Positions 19,959-31,040 are shown, numbered from the stretch's first letter. The stretch is DNA of 64,000 bases from Rhodothermales bacterium (GCA_965248175.1 OZ252093.1:2429449-2493448); one strand, 5' to 3'. Numbers and translations: made by a program. Notes: generated by a model from the letters alone, not told the origin.

Positions 19959-20936
19959 TTATCCTTTGAGTGAGGCCAGGTAGTCGTAACTGGTTTGCAG
20001 CATATCCATGGGATCGGGCGCCAAGTCCCGCTCGACGTAGAAATGCTCGACGCCGGAGGCTTTCGCCTCACCGACAATGGTGGAAATGTCCAGCACCCCC
20101 GCGCCCACCGAAGCGATGAACGGAAAGAGTTCCATCCACTCGTTGGGATTGTCCCCGTTGCCCTCGAAGCGCACGAGTTCGGCCATGTCCTTGACATGCA
20201 TGAGGCGGTAATGGTCGGGCCAGTTTTGCAGGTACTCGACGGGATCGGCCCCACCGGCCACGGTCCAGTAGATGTCCATTTCAAGGGACACGACAGACGG
20301 GTCAACGCGCTCCAGCATGACATTAATCGGAATAGAGCCTTCCATGTCCGTCAGCCCGTAGCCGTGGTTGTGATACAGGAACCGGAATCCGCGTTCGTCG
20401 GCGCGCCGTCCGATTTCGTTGAATTCGTCCGCGAGGCGGCGGTAATCGTCCAGCGTGGCGCGCTCCTCCTCAGGGATCGCCGCAATGCCCGCATACTTGG
20501 CGCCAAGAATCCGGGCCGCTTCGCCCGTTTCGTCGATCCGCTCGCGCAGCGTGCCCAGGTCGATATGCAGGGACGGTACGGAAAGGCCGACCTCATCGAG
20601 CAGACTCCGCAGAGCCTCCGGCTCCATGCCGAAATAGCCGCTGCCGCTGAAACCCAGTTGCGGGGTGATTCCCGCCCACATTTCATGCGCAGCAGGCACG
20701 CTGAACGGGTACGGCCCGTAGATTTCTATTTCCTTGTAGCCGATGTCGGCCAAAAGACGCATCGTTCCCTCAAAATCCTGTTCCAGGAGGTGAGGAATGG
20801 AAAACAGGCCAAGGCCCACGCGCTCTACAAGCGTCGTCTCCACAGGGGCATCTTCAGAGGCCCCGGAACATCCCGTTACGTACAGGCTGGCGGCGCCGGC
20901 TCCCAGCAGATTAAAAAAAGAACGACGATTGATCAT
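19959..20936 (-). CDS. sugar phosphate isomerase/epimerase (xylose isomerase-like TIM barrel) with Tat signal/lipobox
   Basis: MINRRSFFNLLGAGAASLYVTGCSG leader; TIM-barrel AP_endonuc_2-like blocks (YKEIEIYGP, LYHNHGYG, HVKD). Confidence 0.8.
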   Translation of the reverse strand: MINRRSFFNLLGAGAASLYVTGCSGASEDAPVETTLVERVGLGLFSIPHLLEQDFEGTMRLLADIGYKEIEIYGPYPFSVPAAHEMWAGITPQLGFSGSGYFGMEPEALRSLLDEVGLSVPSLHIDLGTLRERIDETGEAARILGAKYAGIAAIPEEERATLDDYRRLADEFNEIGRRADERGFRFLYHNHGYGLTDMEGSIPINVMLERVDPSVVSLEMDIYWTVAGGADPVEYLQNWPDHYRLMHVKDMAELVRFEGNGDNPNEWMELFPFIASVGAGVLDISTIVGEAKASGVEHFYVERDLAPDPMDMLQTSYDYLASLKG

Positions 20937-20996
20937 GAGTTCGGGGAATCGGGTTGCAGGGGTGGCGGCGACCGGGGGTGGTCATGCGAAAAGTTT

Positions 20997-21482
20997 TCAG
21001 CCCTCGTCCAGCGCAAGGGGCGCGGCGCCGTACAGGTGGGTAAACCGGATACAATGAATGATGACGGATTGAAAATGGCTGATATCGAGGTCCGCTTCCA
21101 GGGCATAGGTCTGGGCGCCGGATCTCGATTGCAATTCGCCCACGACATGGGCGCCGGTCACCATCACATTATCGTTGTCGGCTTCGGCCGTGCCGGTCGG
21201 CGTAAGCACCACATGGAGGTCCGGTCCCCAGTCTGTCTGGAATGTTTCCGACAGAACGAGGCGGAGGCCTGCCCCGGTATCCTCGATCTGGTACGCACCG
21301 CTTGTCTCCTGGCCGCCCTTATCGGTGAACGATCCGGAGGCGACGATATCTGCTGACTCCGCAATATCGTCTGAGGAAGACGCATCTTCGGACGCGCTCG
21401 CCCCTCCGCCGCATGCAGCGAGCGCAAAACAGGCCCCGCACATAAGCATCGAAAGAAAAATTCCGGACAAACGGTGTTTCAT
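20997..21482 (-). CDS. DM13-domain lipoprotein
   Basis: Start reset to MKHRLSGIFLSMLMCGACFALAACGG (cat at 21480-21482). GSFTDKGGQETSGAYQIE...LSETFQTDWGPDLHVVL...VIIHC resembles the DM13 pattern. Confidence 0.6.
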   Translation of the reverse strand: MKHRLSGIFLSMLMCGACFALAACGGGASASEDASSSDDIAESADIVASGSFTDKGGQETSGAYQIEDTGAGLRLVLSETFQTDWGPDLHVVLTPTGTAEADNDNVMVTGAHVVGELQSRSGAQTYALEADLDISHFQSVIIHCIRFTHLYGAAPLALDEG

Positions 21483-21755
21483 GACGGCTATACGCTGAAT
21501 AAAGTAGGGCGCTTCACGCAGCCCCCCGGCGGATGGTTCCGTACAGGAGGCTACCGAATTGCTTCGATAATACGGGTTCGCACGATAACAAGCGAACGGA
21601 TCGCCGGCCCGGAGCGCCGCAGTATAGAGGCAGTATAGAGTATGTCGAGTGGGCAGCACCCGATCATTTGCAAGAAGGAGCATTTTTTCGCCCCGGTCGT
21701 ACGCAGGCCCACCCTCTTACACATCATTTCATAGCTTGCACAAAACATTAACAAA

Positions 21756-22619
21756 ATGAGTGAACACGTTGCTCAAGAAGGTATTATCCGGTTGTATCAA
21801 TGCACAGATGGCCCGCTCGCCGAAGTGGACGGGCGCTTCTTCGCCATCGAGGATGCCGGTTGGGACGAGCTATTCAACGACCCCTCGCTGCGCGAGCGCC
21901 TGGCACGGTATGCCCGCAATACCCCGGAAACCGAAACGCCTCGTCCGGACGACCTGCTTGCCCCCATCGGACATCAGGAAGTCTGGGCGGCCGGCGTGAC
22001 CTACTGGCGCAGCAGGACGGCCCGCATGGCCGAATCCGAAGAGACCGCCGACGCATACGACCGGGTGTATACCGCGGCGCGCCCCGAGATTTTCTTCAAG
22101 GCAACGCCGCACCGGGTAGCGGGCCCCGGTCAGGCCGTGCGGATCCGCCGGGATACGCGCTGGAGCGTACCGGAACCGGAACTGGCCGTGGCCATCAACA
22201 CAGCCGGCGAAGCGTTCGGATACGCCATAGGCAACGACATGAGCGCACGGGACATCGAGGGAGAAAATCCGCTGTACCTGCCGCAGGCCAAGGTATACGA
22301 CCAGTGCTGCGGACTGGGGCCGTGCATCCTCGTTTCCGAAGAACCCCCAGGGCCGGATACGTCGATCCGTCTGATCGTGGAACGCGGCGGCGCCGTCGCA
22401 TGCGAAGGCGCGACGACGCTCAGCGAACTGCGGCGTTCGATCGAGGAGCTGGTCACCTACCTGTTTCGCGACAACTCATTCCCGGACGGCTGTTTTTTGC
22501 TCACCGGCACCGGCATCGTGCCTCACGACGACTTCACGCTGGCGCCGGGGGATCGCATCCGGATCGCCATCGACCCCATCGGCGTACTGGACAATTACGT
22601 CGTGCAGGACGCCGCATAG
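21756..22619 (+). CDS. fumarylacetoacetate hydrolase (FAH) family protein
   Basis: 287 aa with FAH-fold blocks (EIFFKATP, VPEPELAVAI, IGNDMSARDIE, GTG...GD.I). Confidence 0.8.
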   Translation: MSEHVAQEGIIRLYQCTDGPLAEVDGRFFAIEDAGWDELFNDPSLRERLARYARNTPETETPRPDDLLAPIGHQEVWAAGVTYWRSRTARMAESEETADAYDRVYTAARPEIFFKATPHRVAGPGQAVRIRRDTRWSVPEPELAVAINTAGEAFGYAIGNDMSARDIEGENPLYLPQAKVYDQCCGLGPCILVSEEPPGPDTSIRLIVERGGAVACEGATTLSELRRSIEELVTYLFRDNSFPDGCFLLTGTGIVPHDDFTLAPGDRIRIAIDPIGVLDNYVVQDAA

Positions 22620-22629
22620 GCCGCGCTAC

Positions 22630-24570
22630 TCATACATCCAGCGCGTCCGCATCCGCGGCGTGGTTCATGATGAAACGGAACCGCGCAGAGGCGTCCTTGC
22701 CCATGAGGTCCGCCATCGTGCGCTCGGTGCCGAGCCGCTCGTCCTCGCCGATACACACCTGCAACAGCATGCGTTTCTCGGGGTCGAGGGTCGTTTCCCG
22801 GAGCGTCGCGGGCATCATTTCTCCGAGGCCCTTGAAGCGCTGCACCATGACCTCGCGCCGCCCTTTTGCGCCCCGCTCGATCTTGTGCAGGATGCGATCC
22901 TTATCGCCATCGTCGAGCGCCCACCAGGTATCCTTGCCCGCATCCAGTCTGTACAGTGGCGGTTGCGCGATGTACGCGAAACCCTCCGTGATAAGCGGGC
23001 GCATATACCGGTAGAAAAACGTCAGGAGCAAGGTGGCGATGTGGTGCCCGTCCGAATCCGCGTCCATGAGCAGGATGACCTTGTGGTACCGGAGGCGGGT
23101 CAGGTCGATCTCGTCGCCCATGCCGCAGCCCAGCGCCTGGACCACGTTCGACAGTTCTTTATTCTCCCGCACCTTGTTCGCCGCGTGCTGTTCCGCATTC
23201 AGCACTTTGCCGCGCAGTGGCAGCACGGCCTGAAATGCGCGGTCCCTCCCCTGCTTGGCCGAACCCCCGGCGGAATCTCCTTCCACAATGAACAGTTCGC
23301 TCTTTGCCGGATCGGTCGAAGAACAGTCCGCCAGTTTTCCGGGCAGATTGAGCCGGTGGCTGATACTTGTCTTGCGGCGGACATCGCGGGCGGCGGTGCG
23401 TGAGGCGCGGCGGGCCTTCGCAGATTGTATGACGCGCGCGGCGATGGCCTCACCCGTCGTGGGGTGCGCATTCAGAAACCGCTCCAACTCGAGGCGCATG
23501 GCGCCGGCAACAACCGATCGGGCGCCCGGGTTGTTCAGTTTTTCCTTGGTCTGCCCCTGAAACTGCGGTTCGACCATGAACAGATTCAGGATAGCGACAA
23601 GGCCCTCCCGGATATCGTCCGCCGAAATGTCGAGGTTCTTCGGCAGCATGTCGTGCGTTTCCATGTAGGCGCGCACGGCGCTGCGCACCGCATCACGGAA
23701 TCCCTGTTCATGGGTGCCTCCTTCCTCCGTGGGAATGCTGTTGACGAAGGAGCGGACATGCTCGCGGGGCGCCTCCGTCCACTGAAGCGCCACCTCCACA
23801 CGCGCGCCGTCCGTCATGCCTTGCTGGCGCACCAGAAACTGTTCCTCGTGCACGGACCGCTCGCCCAGCCCCTTCACCCGTTCGGTCAGAAATTCCGAAA
23901 TCCCCCCCTCGTGGCGGTATTCGCGGCGGACACCGGTAATCCCGTTCCTGAATACGATGCACAGCGCAGCGTTCAGGTACGTCTTCACTTCAAGGCTTTG
24001 CCCGATAGCCTCGGCGTCGAACGCCACGGATTCAAAAACCTCCGGGTCGGGCCGGAAATGGATCGACGTGCCCGTCCCGCGGCCGTTTTCGCGCACCTTG
24101 CGCACCGTGGAAAGCGGGACACCTCTTGCGTAGCGTTGCTCCCAGACGGCGCCGTCGCGACGGACTGTCACCGTCATCTCCTCCGATAAGGCATTCACTA
24201 CCGATGCGCCCACGCCGTGAAGCCCCCCTGACGCGATGTAATTCGTCTGGTCGAACTTGCCGCCCGCGTGCAGGGTCGTCATAATGAGTTGCAGGGCGGA
24301 GATTTTTTTCGAGGGATGTTCGTCTACCGGAATGCCCCGCCCGTTGTCCGACACCGTGACGCTGCGCCCGTCCTCGTGGAGCATCACCTCTATGTGGGAC
24401 GCATAGCCGTTGGTGGCCTCGTCCACCGCGTTATCGACGATTTCCCAAAGCAGGTGATGCAGGCCCGACTTGCCCGTGCCGCCGACGTACATCCCCGGAC
24501 GCTTGCGCACGGGATCCAGCCCTTCGAGGACCTGGATGTCGGCGCCCGTATATGTCCGTACTTCGCTCAT
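22630..24570 (-). CDS. parE: DNA topoisomerase IV subunit B (type IIA, GHKL ATPase + Toprim)
   Basis: True start [32 protein letters not shown] at 24570 (ATGA overlap with the partner's stop). Toprim EGDSAGG and PLRGKVLN. The 882-aa ORF in the track is an artefactual 5' extension over parC. Confidence 0.85.
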   Translation of the reverse strand: MSEVRTYTGADIQVLEGLDPVRKRPGMYVGGTGKSGLHHLLWEIVDNAVDEATNGYASHIEVMLHEDGRSVTVSDNGRGIPVDEHPSKKISALQLIMTTLHAGGKFDQTNYIASGGLHGVGASVVNALSEEMTVTVRRDGAVWEQRYARGVPLSTVRKVRENGRGTGTSIHFRPDPEVFESVAFDAEAIGQSLEVKTYLNAALCIVFRNGITGVRREYRHEGGISEFLTERVKGLGERSVHEEQFLVRQQGMTDGARVEVALQWTEAPREHVRSFVNSIPTEEGGTHEQGFRDAVRSAVRAYMETHDMLPKNLDISADDIREGLVAILNLFMVEPQFQGQTKEKLNNPGARSVVAGAMRLELERFLNAHPTTGEAIAARVIQSAKARRASRTAARDVRRKTSISHRLNLPGKLADCSSTDPAKSELFIVEGDSAGGSAKQGRDRAFQAVLPLRGKVLNAEQHAANKVRENKELSNVVQALGCGMGDEIDLTRLRYHKVILLMDADSDGHHIATLLLTFFYRYMRPLITEGFAYIAQPPLYRLDAGKDTWWALDDGDKDRILHKIERGAKGRREVMVQRFKGLGEMMPATLRETTLDPEKRMLLQVCIGEDERLGTERTMADLMGKDASARFRFIMNHAADADALDV

Positions 24571-26885
24571 AACCGTATTTCCACCGGTTCGGGAACGATG
24601 CGGGCCACATGACCCCGCTTGATGATGGCCTTGCCCCTGTTGCCGCGCCGAGCGACCTCGAACTTGGTGGTACGCACCGTCTCGATGCGCCCCCGGCTCG
24701 TTTCGATCTTCAGGCCGTCGCGGGCCGCGTTGGAAAGCGTGCAACCGAGTACGCAGTCGCCCGCACTCAAACGCATGGCGATGACCCCTTTCGCTGCGCT
24801 CTTGAACGTCGGAATCTGGGAAACGGGGAAAATGAGCACATACCCGGCTCTGGACGCCATACAAACGTTCTCGTCTCCTGCCGCCGGTTCGGCGCCGATG
24901 ACTTCGTCCCCGTCTTCCAGTTTGGCGTAGGTCCGCCCTTTCCGGGTCGAAGGATCCGCAAAACCGTCCATCGGCAGGCGCACGCCCTGCCCCCCGGCAG
25001 TGATCGCCACGAGGAGCGGATCCGTTTTGGCGGCGGCGTGCCCGTTTTTCGGAAACAGTTCCGGTACGGCTTCCGACACGGCGATCGGCTTCGGAAGCGC
25101 CCGCGTATCGAACGAAACGACCCCGACCACATGCTCCTTGTCCGAGAAATCGAAGAATTTCTGGACAGGATCCCCATAGCCGGTCGTATTCGGCAACGTG
25201 TCCGCCCGGAGCGAATAACACCGCCCGAAGTTGGTAAAGAAGCCCACCGCGCCGCGGGTGGAGGCAGGCAGTATCCACCCTACCCCGTCGCCGTCACGGA
25301 CGCGGATGCTGTCGATATCCGTGTAGGTGCGCTGCCGCTTGATCCATCCGTCGCGTGTTACGATGGCGTAGCAGTCTTCGGCGACGATATAGTCTTCGGC
25401 GGCGTATTCGATTACCCTGTCCGGGCCCGCTATGTGCGTCTTGCGGTCTGTGCCGAACGCACTGGCTGCCTCCTGGATTTCCATGCGCACCAGCGCCCAC
25501 TGCTTGTCCTCGGAAGCGAGAATGGCGCGGACATCCGCAGCGCGCGCCAGCTTGTCTTCCAGCTCCCGGCGGATTTCCTCGATCTCCATCCGGGCCAGTC
25601 TGTAGAGTTTGATTTCGAGGATGGCGTCGGCCTGTTCCTGGTCGAGGACGAACCGGTGCATGAGCCGCCCGGCCGCATCCTTCCGGTCCGCGGACGCACG
25701 GATGAGCTTGATAGCCTCGTCGAGGGCGTCGAAGAGTTTCTCGAAGCCGCGCAGGATGTGAATGCGCCGTTCGAGCCGTTCGAGCGCGTAGCGGAGGCGG
25801 CGTACCACAACCTCCAGGCGGAAGGTCAGAAAGGCCCGCAGCGCCTCGGGGAGATTTACCTTCTTCGGAGCAGGGATCAGCGGGTTCTCCGTCGGCACGA
25901 GGCACGTCATATCGACGTGGTAACGCTTTTGCAGATCGGTGTGGCGGAGCAGGTACGCGATGGCCGCTTCCGGATCGGCGCCTCGCCGAAGTTCCAGCAC
26001 CACGCGTATGTCGTCCGTCGATTCATCGCGCACGTCGGAGAGCTGCGGTACGCGCTCGTTGACGATGTGCTCGGCGATCTTCTCTACGAGCGTGGCCTTG
26101 TTGACCATGTAGGGAACGGAAGTAATAACGATCCGGCTCTTCCCCTCCATGCCGTAGTCGCCGCGTAATTCCACGGCCCCCTCCCCGGTCCGGTGTATCT
26201 CCAGCAACTCGGCGGGTGTGTTCAGAATGCGTCCGGCAGTGGGGAAATCCGGCCCCGGCACGTGCTGCGCCAGTTCTTCGACAGGCGCTTCCGGATGGTC
26301 GATCACATGAACCAGCGCATCCGCTACCTCGCGCAGGTTATGCGGGGGGATTTTCGTGGCCATGCCCACGGCGATCCCGTCCGCCCCGTTGACGAGGAGA
26401 TTCGGGATGCGTGACGGGAGCACGACGGGCTCGTTGTAGCTGCCGTCGAAATTGGGCCGGAAATCCACGGTGTCCTGCCGGATTTCTTCCAGCATTTCCA
26501 CGGCCAGCGCGCGCAGCTTGACCTCCGTGTAGCGCATCGCGGCGGGATTGTCCCCGTCGATGGAGCCGAAGTTGCCGTGCCCGTCCACCAGCGGGTCGCG
26601 CAAGGAGAAATCCTGGGCCATCCGCACCATCGCGTCGTAAATAGCCGTGTCGCCGTGGGGGTGGTACTTGCCCATCACCTCTCCCACGACCGCCGCGCTC
26701 TTGCGGTACCGGGCATCGGGGGTAAGCCGCAGGTTGGCGTACATGGCGTACAGGATGCGCCGCTGCACGGGCTTGAGGCCATCGCGGATATCCGGCAGGG
26801 CGCGGCTCATGATGACGGACAGCGCGTAGCTCAGATAGCGCTCCCGGGCCGTTTCCTGCAGGGATATGGTTTCGACGATGGGCAT
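24567..26885 (-). CDS. parC: DNA topoisomerase IV subunit A
   Basis: [21 protein letters not shown] and AAMRYTE (catalytic Tyr). There is no GyrA-box (QRRGGKG) at the start of the C-terminal domain. The C-terminal tail [26 protein letters not shown] resembles E. coli ParC ERGRRGTLMRGLQRIDRVEI. Confidence 0.82.
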   Translation of the reverse strand: MPIVETISLQETARERYLSYALSVIMSRALPDIRDGLKPVQRRILYAMYANLRLTPDARYRKSAAVVGEVMGKYHPHGDTAIYDAMVRMAQDFSLRDPLVDGHGNFGSIDGDNPAAMRYTEVKLRALAVEMLEEIRQDTVDFRPNFDGSYNEPVVLPSRIPNLLVNGADGIAVGMATKIPPHNLREVADALVHVIDHPEAPVEELAQHVPGPDFPTAGRILNTPAELLEIHRTGEGAVELRGDYGMEGKSRIVITSVPYMVNKATLVEKIAEHIVNERVPQLSDVRDESTDDIRVVLELRRGADPEAAIAYLLRHTDLQKRYHVDMTCLVPTENPLIPAPKKVNLPEALRAFLTFRLEVVVRRLRYALERLERRIHILRGFEKLFDALDEAIKLIRASADRKDAAGRLMHRFVLDQEQADAILEIKLYRLARMEIEEIRRELEDKLARAADVRAILASEDKQWALVRMEIQEAASAFGTDRKTHIAGPDRVIEYAAEDYIVAEDCYAIVTRDGWIKRQRTYTDIDSIRVRDGDGVGWILPASTRGAVGFFTNFGRCYSLRADTLPNTTGYGDPVQKFFDFSDKEHVVGVVSFDTRALPKPIAVSEAVPELFPKNGHAAAKTDPLLVAITAGGQGVRLPMDGFADPSTRKGRTYAKLEDGDEVIGAEPAAGDENVCMASRAGYVLIFPVSQIPTFKSAAKGVIAMRLSAGDCVLGCTLSNAARDGLKIETSRGRIETVRTTKFEVARRGNRGKAIIKRGHVARIVPEPVEIRL

Positions 26886-27055
26886 TGAGGGATGCTTTAC
26901 GGGCCGCTAGAGGTGTGCGGGGCGGGATTCAGAGGGTACACGGTGTCTGGAGGGAGCGGGGATATGCCGGACGTACCGGCAGATATGTCGGCGGATATGC
27001 CAAGCACAATAACAGATATAAAATTATAAGATATTGCGGGCATTCGTTGTAATCG

Positions 27056-27250
27056 TTACCTTGCACCATAGCGGCGTGCCTCACGATGTAGTGCCTGTAT
27101 CAGGCGGCAAAGTCTGGCAATAACGGCCCCATAAGGTGGAAGGTACGAATTGGAGATGGGAAATTCCAGTGTAATATCGCCACAAATAGCGGCGAGGGCT
27201 GCCTTTGCCTTGAACGAAGGAATACGGGTTCTGCGCGTTCGCTTTGACAT
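27056..27250 (-). pseudogene. IS3-family OrfA-like (HTH transposase) fragment
   Basis: MSKRTRRTRIPSFKAKAALAAICGDITLEF... resembles IS3 OrfA N-termini (MSKRTRRTF.PEFK..A). It decays after about 30 residues and no OrfB follows. Confidence 0.45.
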
Positions 27251-27493
27251 GGAATCTCGTCGGGTTGATTGAATCGGAGACAAGGTCGCAACACTACGTC
27301 TTGATTCCGCCAAAATCTGTCCAATCAAACCGAAGCATCTCTCTGTTTGATTGACCGTGCCTTGACAGGCATAATCTGAAGTTTGGATATTGGCACTGCG
27401 AGAGCCCGCTCTCAAGTACAGACGGTTCATAGCATAGTAACTTCTATAGATTTGACGATGGAATTCATTCACCAGCCTACCGCGGCCCAACGG

Positions 27494-27619
27494 TTAGACG
27501 ACTATCTGAAAAATAACCTTGTCGGCGTAGCAGTGATCGCATCCGGCGCTGACCTTCGTGCAGCCCGTAACCGGGTTCCAGGTGCTGTTCGTCCACTCGA
27601 TGGCGCTTTTCAGAGACAT
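27494..27619 (-). pseudogene. 5' fragment of a DUF5131 (phage Gp37/Gp68-like) gene
   Basis: [35 protein letters not shown] matches the conserved N-terminus (IEWT..TWNP..GC...S.GC..CYA), then stops after about 40 codons instead of about 250. Confidence 0.6.
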
Positions 27620-27693
27620 GCGGTTCTGTTCAGGATCGGTCGAGTTGGAAACGGTTGAATTTGATTTCGATAGACACAGTAAATATATGTACA

Positions 27694-28892
27694 ATATATA
27701 TAGGATACTCTGATCAATCCATCACTGGGAGTCGAATTGAAGATTCGAGATCGGGGAAGGGCGATTTCAGGTTGGACAGGGGCCGTCAGGGGTCGGATTC
27801 AAGGCCGAATCTACGATATTGTTGCGTTTTAGCGCCCCGGACGCCTCAAAACGCGGCGCCCGGGCATACCTATCCCGCGACAGCTATCAATTTCTTGCGC
27901 GCCATGAAGAAATTCGCCAGCGCAAACAGCGTATAGACCTGCGCCGCGTTCTTGCGCAACCCGCGGTAGCGCGTCTTGCGGTAGCCCCAAAGGTGCTTGA
28001 CCACCCCGAAGGGATGCTCTACGCGAGCACGAGTGCGGTTGCTCTTGCGATTGAACGAAGCGTCCGCGCACGTCAGTTTCCTGCCTCTGGCCGCCTTGCG
28101 CAACACGCGCCAGGCGACGCCTTGCGACTCGGCGCGCTCCTTGCGCTTTCGGCACGCGTAGCCCTTGTCGCCGTAGATCGTCTTCTCCTCGCCGTGAAGA
28201 CACTGCTCCATCATCGTCACGTCGTGCACGTTCGCCGCCGTTACTTCTACGCTGTGCACATAGCCCTGCGTGTCCGTGCCGATATGCGCTTTCATCCCGA
28301 AATGCCACTTGTTCGCCTTACGAGTGGACTTCATCTGAGGATCGCGCTGACCAGAGCGGTTCTTCGTAGACGTCGGAGCAGAAATGATCGTCGCGTCCAC
28401 GATACTGCCCTCGCGAACCATGATGCCACAAGAACGAAGGTGCTTGCCGCTAATCGACAGAAGCGTCTTCGTCAACTCGCGCTCTTCAAGCCAGTGACGA
28501 AACTTGCATATCGTCGTCTCGTCCGGCGCGTAGCCCGCCTCCAGACGAGCGAAACGACGCATCGCAATATTGTCGTGCAGGGCGTCTTCCATGCCCGGAT
28601 CCGAATGCCCGAACCATTGCTGCATGAAGTAGATTCGAAGCATCACCTCAAGACCGACCGGAGGACGCCCCTTGGCGCCCTTCGGATAGAAAGACTCCAA
28701 TTCCAAAAGAAAAACCTTCCAGGGAAGCACCGCATCCATCTGCTCCAAAAATCGCTGGTTACGCGTCTTTCTCCTCCGGCTTTGGTAGGTCACGTCCTCG
28801 AATGAAAACTGGAGCATCGGATCTTCCTCGCTTGGTGATGGACTATATCGTAAAATACAAACCGGGCCTTAATCAGAGTATCCTATATATAT
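27694..28892 (-). mobile_element. IS5-family insertion sequence (1199 bp) with perfect 21-bp terminal inverted repeats and 4-bp TSD
   Basis: Left inverted repeat (IRL) atatatataggatactctgat at 27694-27714 equals the reverse complement of 28872-28892. TACA flanks both ends (27690-27693 and 28893-28896). Confidence 0.9.
27870..28817 (-). CDS. IS5-family DDE transposase
   Basis: 315 aa collinear with E. coli IS5 InsH as I remember it (FEDV.YQSRRRKTRNQRFLEQMDAVLPW, DATII.APSSTKN, WHFGMKAHIG, ARVEHPFG..K). Confidence 0.95.
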   Translation of the reverse strand: MLQFSFEDVTYQSRRRKTRNQRFLEQMDAVLPWKVFLLELESFYPKGAKGRPPVGLEVMLRIYFMQQWFGHSDPGMEDALHDNIAMRRFARLEAGYAPDETTICKFRHWLEERELTKTLLSISGKHLRSCGIMVREGSIVDATIISAPTSTKNRSGQRDPQMKSTRKANKWHFGMKAHIGTDTQGYVHSVEVTAANVHDVTMMEQCLHGEEKTIYGDKGYACRKRKERAESQGVAWRVLRKAARGRKLTCADASFNRKSNRTRARVEHPFGVVKHLWGYRKTRYRGLRKNAAQVYTLFALANFFMARKKLIAVAG

Positions 28893-29104
28893 TACAAAGT
28901 TTCGGAGAAATAATCTATTCGGGCATAGGACACGCAAGCGGAACCGGCGTTCCGGGTAGCCGCGCACTGCTTCGCCCTATTGTCCGATTCCCTTGAAAAA
29001 AACGCCCGGCTCGCAAGCCTAACAGGGAACGTTAACGCCCCTTTCGCTTTTGTTTCCGACCCCGCCCTTACTACGTTTTGTCCCGTCGCATGGAGGCTGG
29101 CGCA

Positions 29105-30002
29105 ATGAACACAGAAAATCCGGCAATGCTCCAGGACGACAAGGTCGTCGTTTACGAAACGCCCGATGGCGAGATGCGCGTAGATGTGCGGCTTGACCGG
29201 GAGACTGTCTGGCTGACGCAGCGGCAGATGGCGGAATTGTTCGGACGTGATCGCTCGGTCGTGACCAAGCATATTCGTAACATATTCAAAGAAGGAGAAC
29301 TGGAGCCCGAGGCAACTTGTGCAAAATTTGCACAAGTTCAATCCGAGGGAGGACGAGCTGTTTCGCGCAAGGTAGAGCACTTTAATCTCGATGTGATCAT
29401 CTCGGTCGGCTACCGGGTCAATTCGAAGCGGGGCGTACAGTTCCGGCAATGGGCAACCCGCACCCTGCGCGATCACCTGGTGCGCGGCTACACCTTGCAT
29501 AAGCAGCGGCTTGCGGAGCGCGGCCTGAGAGAAGCCAGAGAAACGCTTGATCTCCTCGCCCAAACTTTCCGGAATCAGGCGCTTGTGGACAACACTGGGC
29601 AGGCTACGCCGACGCCTGGCGCCTGCTCCTGGAGTACGACGAGGATCGACTGGCGACGCCGCCCGGTTCGAAGCCATCCGTCGGCGTACTGGATCATGAC
29701 AGCGCCACCCAGGCGATTGCGAAATTCAAGCAGGAATTGATGTCGCGCAACGAGGCGTCGCCTCTTTTCGGCAATCCTCGCGGCGATGCGCTGGAGGGAA
29801 TTCTCGGCAGCATTGAGCAGACCATGTTCGGCGTATCGGCTCCCTCCTCTTTCTCCTATACCTGAAGCAGGAAGGCGTAGAGCATCGACTCAATCCCCAA
29901 GCCCTGACAGCGCTCACGCTGCTCATCGCCGAAAGCGCACCCGCCGGCAAGGACCTGATGACCCGTCTTATTATCAATCTGTTGGCGGAGCCTGTCGGAT
30001 GA
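29105..30002 (+). pseudogene. RhuM-family / Fic-DOC-like gene, frame broken twice
   Basis: Frame 1: MNTENP...VVYETPDGEMRVDVRLDRETVWLTQRQMAELFGRDRSVVTKHIRNIFKEGEL...QWATRTLRDHLVRGYTL, running to about 29604. Frame 2 (29605-29865): YADAWRLLLEYDEDRLATPPGSKPSVGVLDHDSATQAIAKFKQEL...GNPRGDALEGILGSIEQTMFG. Frame 3 (29844-30002): LLFLLYLKQEGVEHRLNPQALTALTLLIAESAPAGKDLMTRLIINLLAEPVG*. Confidence 0.7.
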
Positions 30003-30035
30003 ACGGATTGCCCAGCTTTCCAAGGCCACAACCCC

Positions 30036-31040
30036 CTACCCCTCCTGCTTCAACCCCCGCGCCATGAGTTCCTCGACGGCGTCCCGGGGCGTCATCCCCT
30101 CGAAAAGGATGTGGTAGACGGCTTCGGTAATGGGCATCTCGACATGATGCCGGGCCGCAAGGCGGTACACCGAATCGGCGGTGCTCATGCCTTCCGCCAC
30201 CATGTTCATCTCCTGCTGGATGGCTTCCGGACTGGCGCCCTGGCCGATACGCTCACCGACGTACCGGTTGCGGCTATGGCGGCTCATGCAAGTGACCACA
30301 AGGTCGCCGAGTCCGGCAAGGCCCGCAAAGGTACTCTCCCTGGCGCCCATCGCAAGACCCAGGCGCTGGATTTCCGCCAGCCCGCGCGTCACGATGGCGG
30401 ACTTGGTGTTGTCGCCATACCCGAGCCCGTCGCCAATACCGGCAGCCAGCGCCATGACATTCTTTACGGAACCGGCAACCTCAACGCCCAGCAGGTCGTG
30501 GTTGCGATACACCCGGAAGCGCGGCGCGGCGAATACGGACTGTATCTCCTCGACAGTATCCTCGGAATGGGCGGCGGCAACGACCGTGGTGGGTTTTTCC
30601 TCCGCGACTTCCTCGGCGTGGCTGGGGCCGGACAGTACCCCGATCCGTTCCGGCGGCACGGACTGCAACACATCGGCAAGAACGCTCGTCGTCGTATAAA
30701 GCGAACTCATCTCAATGCCCTTGGCCACCGATACATAGACAAGGTCGCTTCTGGTCTCGCCCCTCACCTGCATGGCGCAGGCGCGCACAGCCTGAGCAGG
30801 CATGGCGAAAACCCACATGTCACGGTCCTGCACGGCCTCCCGGATATCCGACGTAATGGAAATACTGTCCGGAAGCAGCGCGGTCGACAGATAGGTGGGA
30901 TTATGCCGGGTGCGGCGCATTTCGTCGGCAGCTTCCGGGCGCCGGGCCCAGAGCATGACGTCGTGGCCCGATTTCGCAAGCAGGATGGCAAGCGCCGTCC
31001 CCCAGCTACCCGCTCCCAACATGGCAATGCGTCTGGTCAC
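30036..31040 (-). CDS. gpsA: NAD(P)H-dependent glycerol-3-phosphate dehydrogenase
   Basis: IAMLGAGSWGTALAILLA Rossmann motif; collinear GpsA blocks (GPSHAEEV, NRYVGERIGQG). Confidence 0.95.
   Translation of the reverse strand: MTRRIAMLGAGSWGTALAILLAKSGHDVMLWARRPEAADEMRRTRHNPTYLSTALLPDSISITSDIREAVQDRDMWVFAMPAQAVRACAMQVRGETRSDLVYVSVAKGIEMSSLYTTTSVLADVLQSVPPERIGVLSGPSHAEEVAEEKPTTVVAAAHSEDTVEEIQSVFAAPRFRVYRNHDLLGVEVAGSVKNVMALAAGIGDGLGYGDNTKSAIVTRGLAEIQRLGLAMGARESTFAGLAGLGDLVVTCMSRHSRNRYVGERIGQGASPEAIQQEMNMVAEGMSTADSVYRLAARHHVEMPITEAVYHILFEGMTPRDAVEELMARGLKQEG

Noticed and set aside
22630-25278. 882-aa version of the topoisomerase B-subunit ORF, and similar 5'-extended ORFs: 19046-20323, 20997-21683, 41444-43231, 49210-49989, 7439-7882 and 7044-7508.
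   Set aside because: The extensions overlap the upstream gene and translate to non-homologous Arg-rich sequence. Internal Met codons give canonical N-termini and ATGA-type couplings, so the starts were reset.
24567-26885. Calling the type IIA topoisomerase pair gyrA/gyrB.
   Set aside because: The A subunit lacks a GyrA-box at the start of its C-terminal domain, and its tail resembles ParC. The short B subunit is translationally coupled to it. The parC/parE call is preferred but was not verified by phylogeny.
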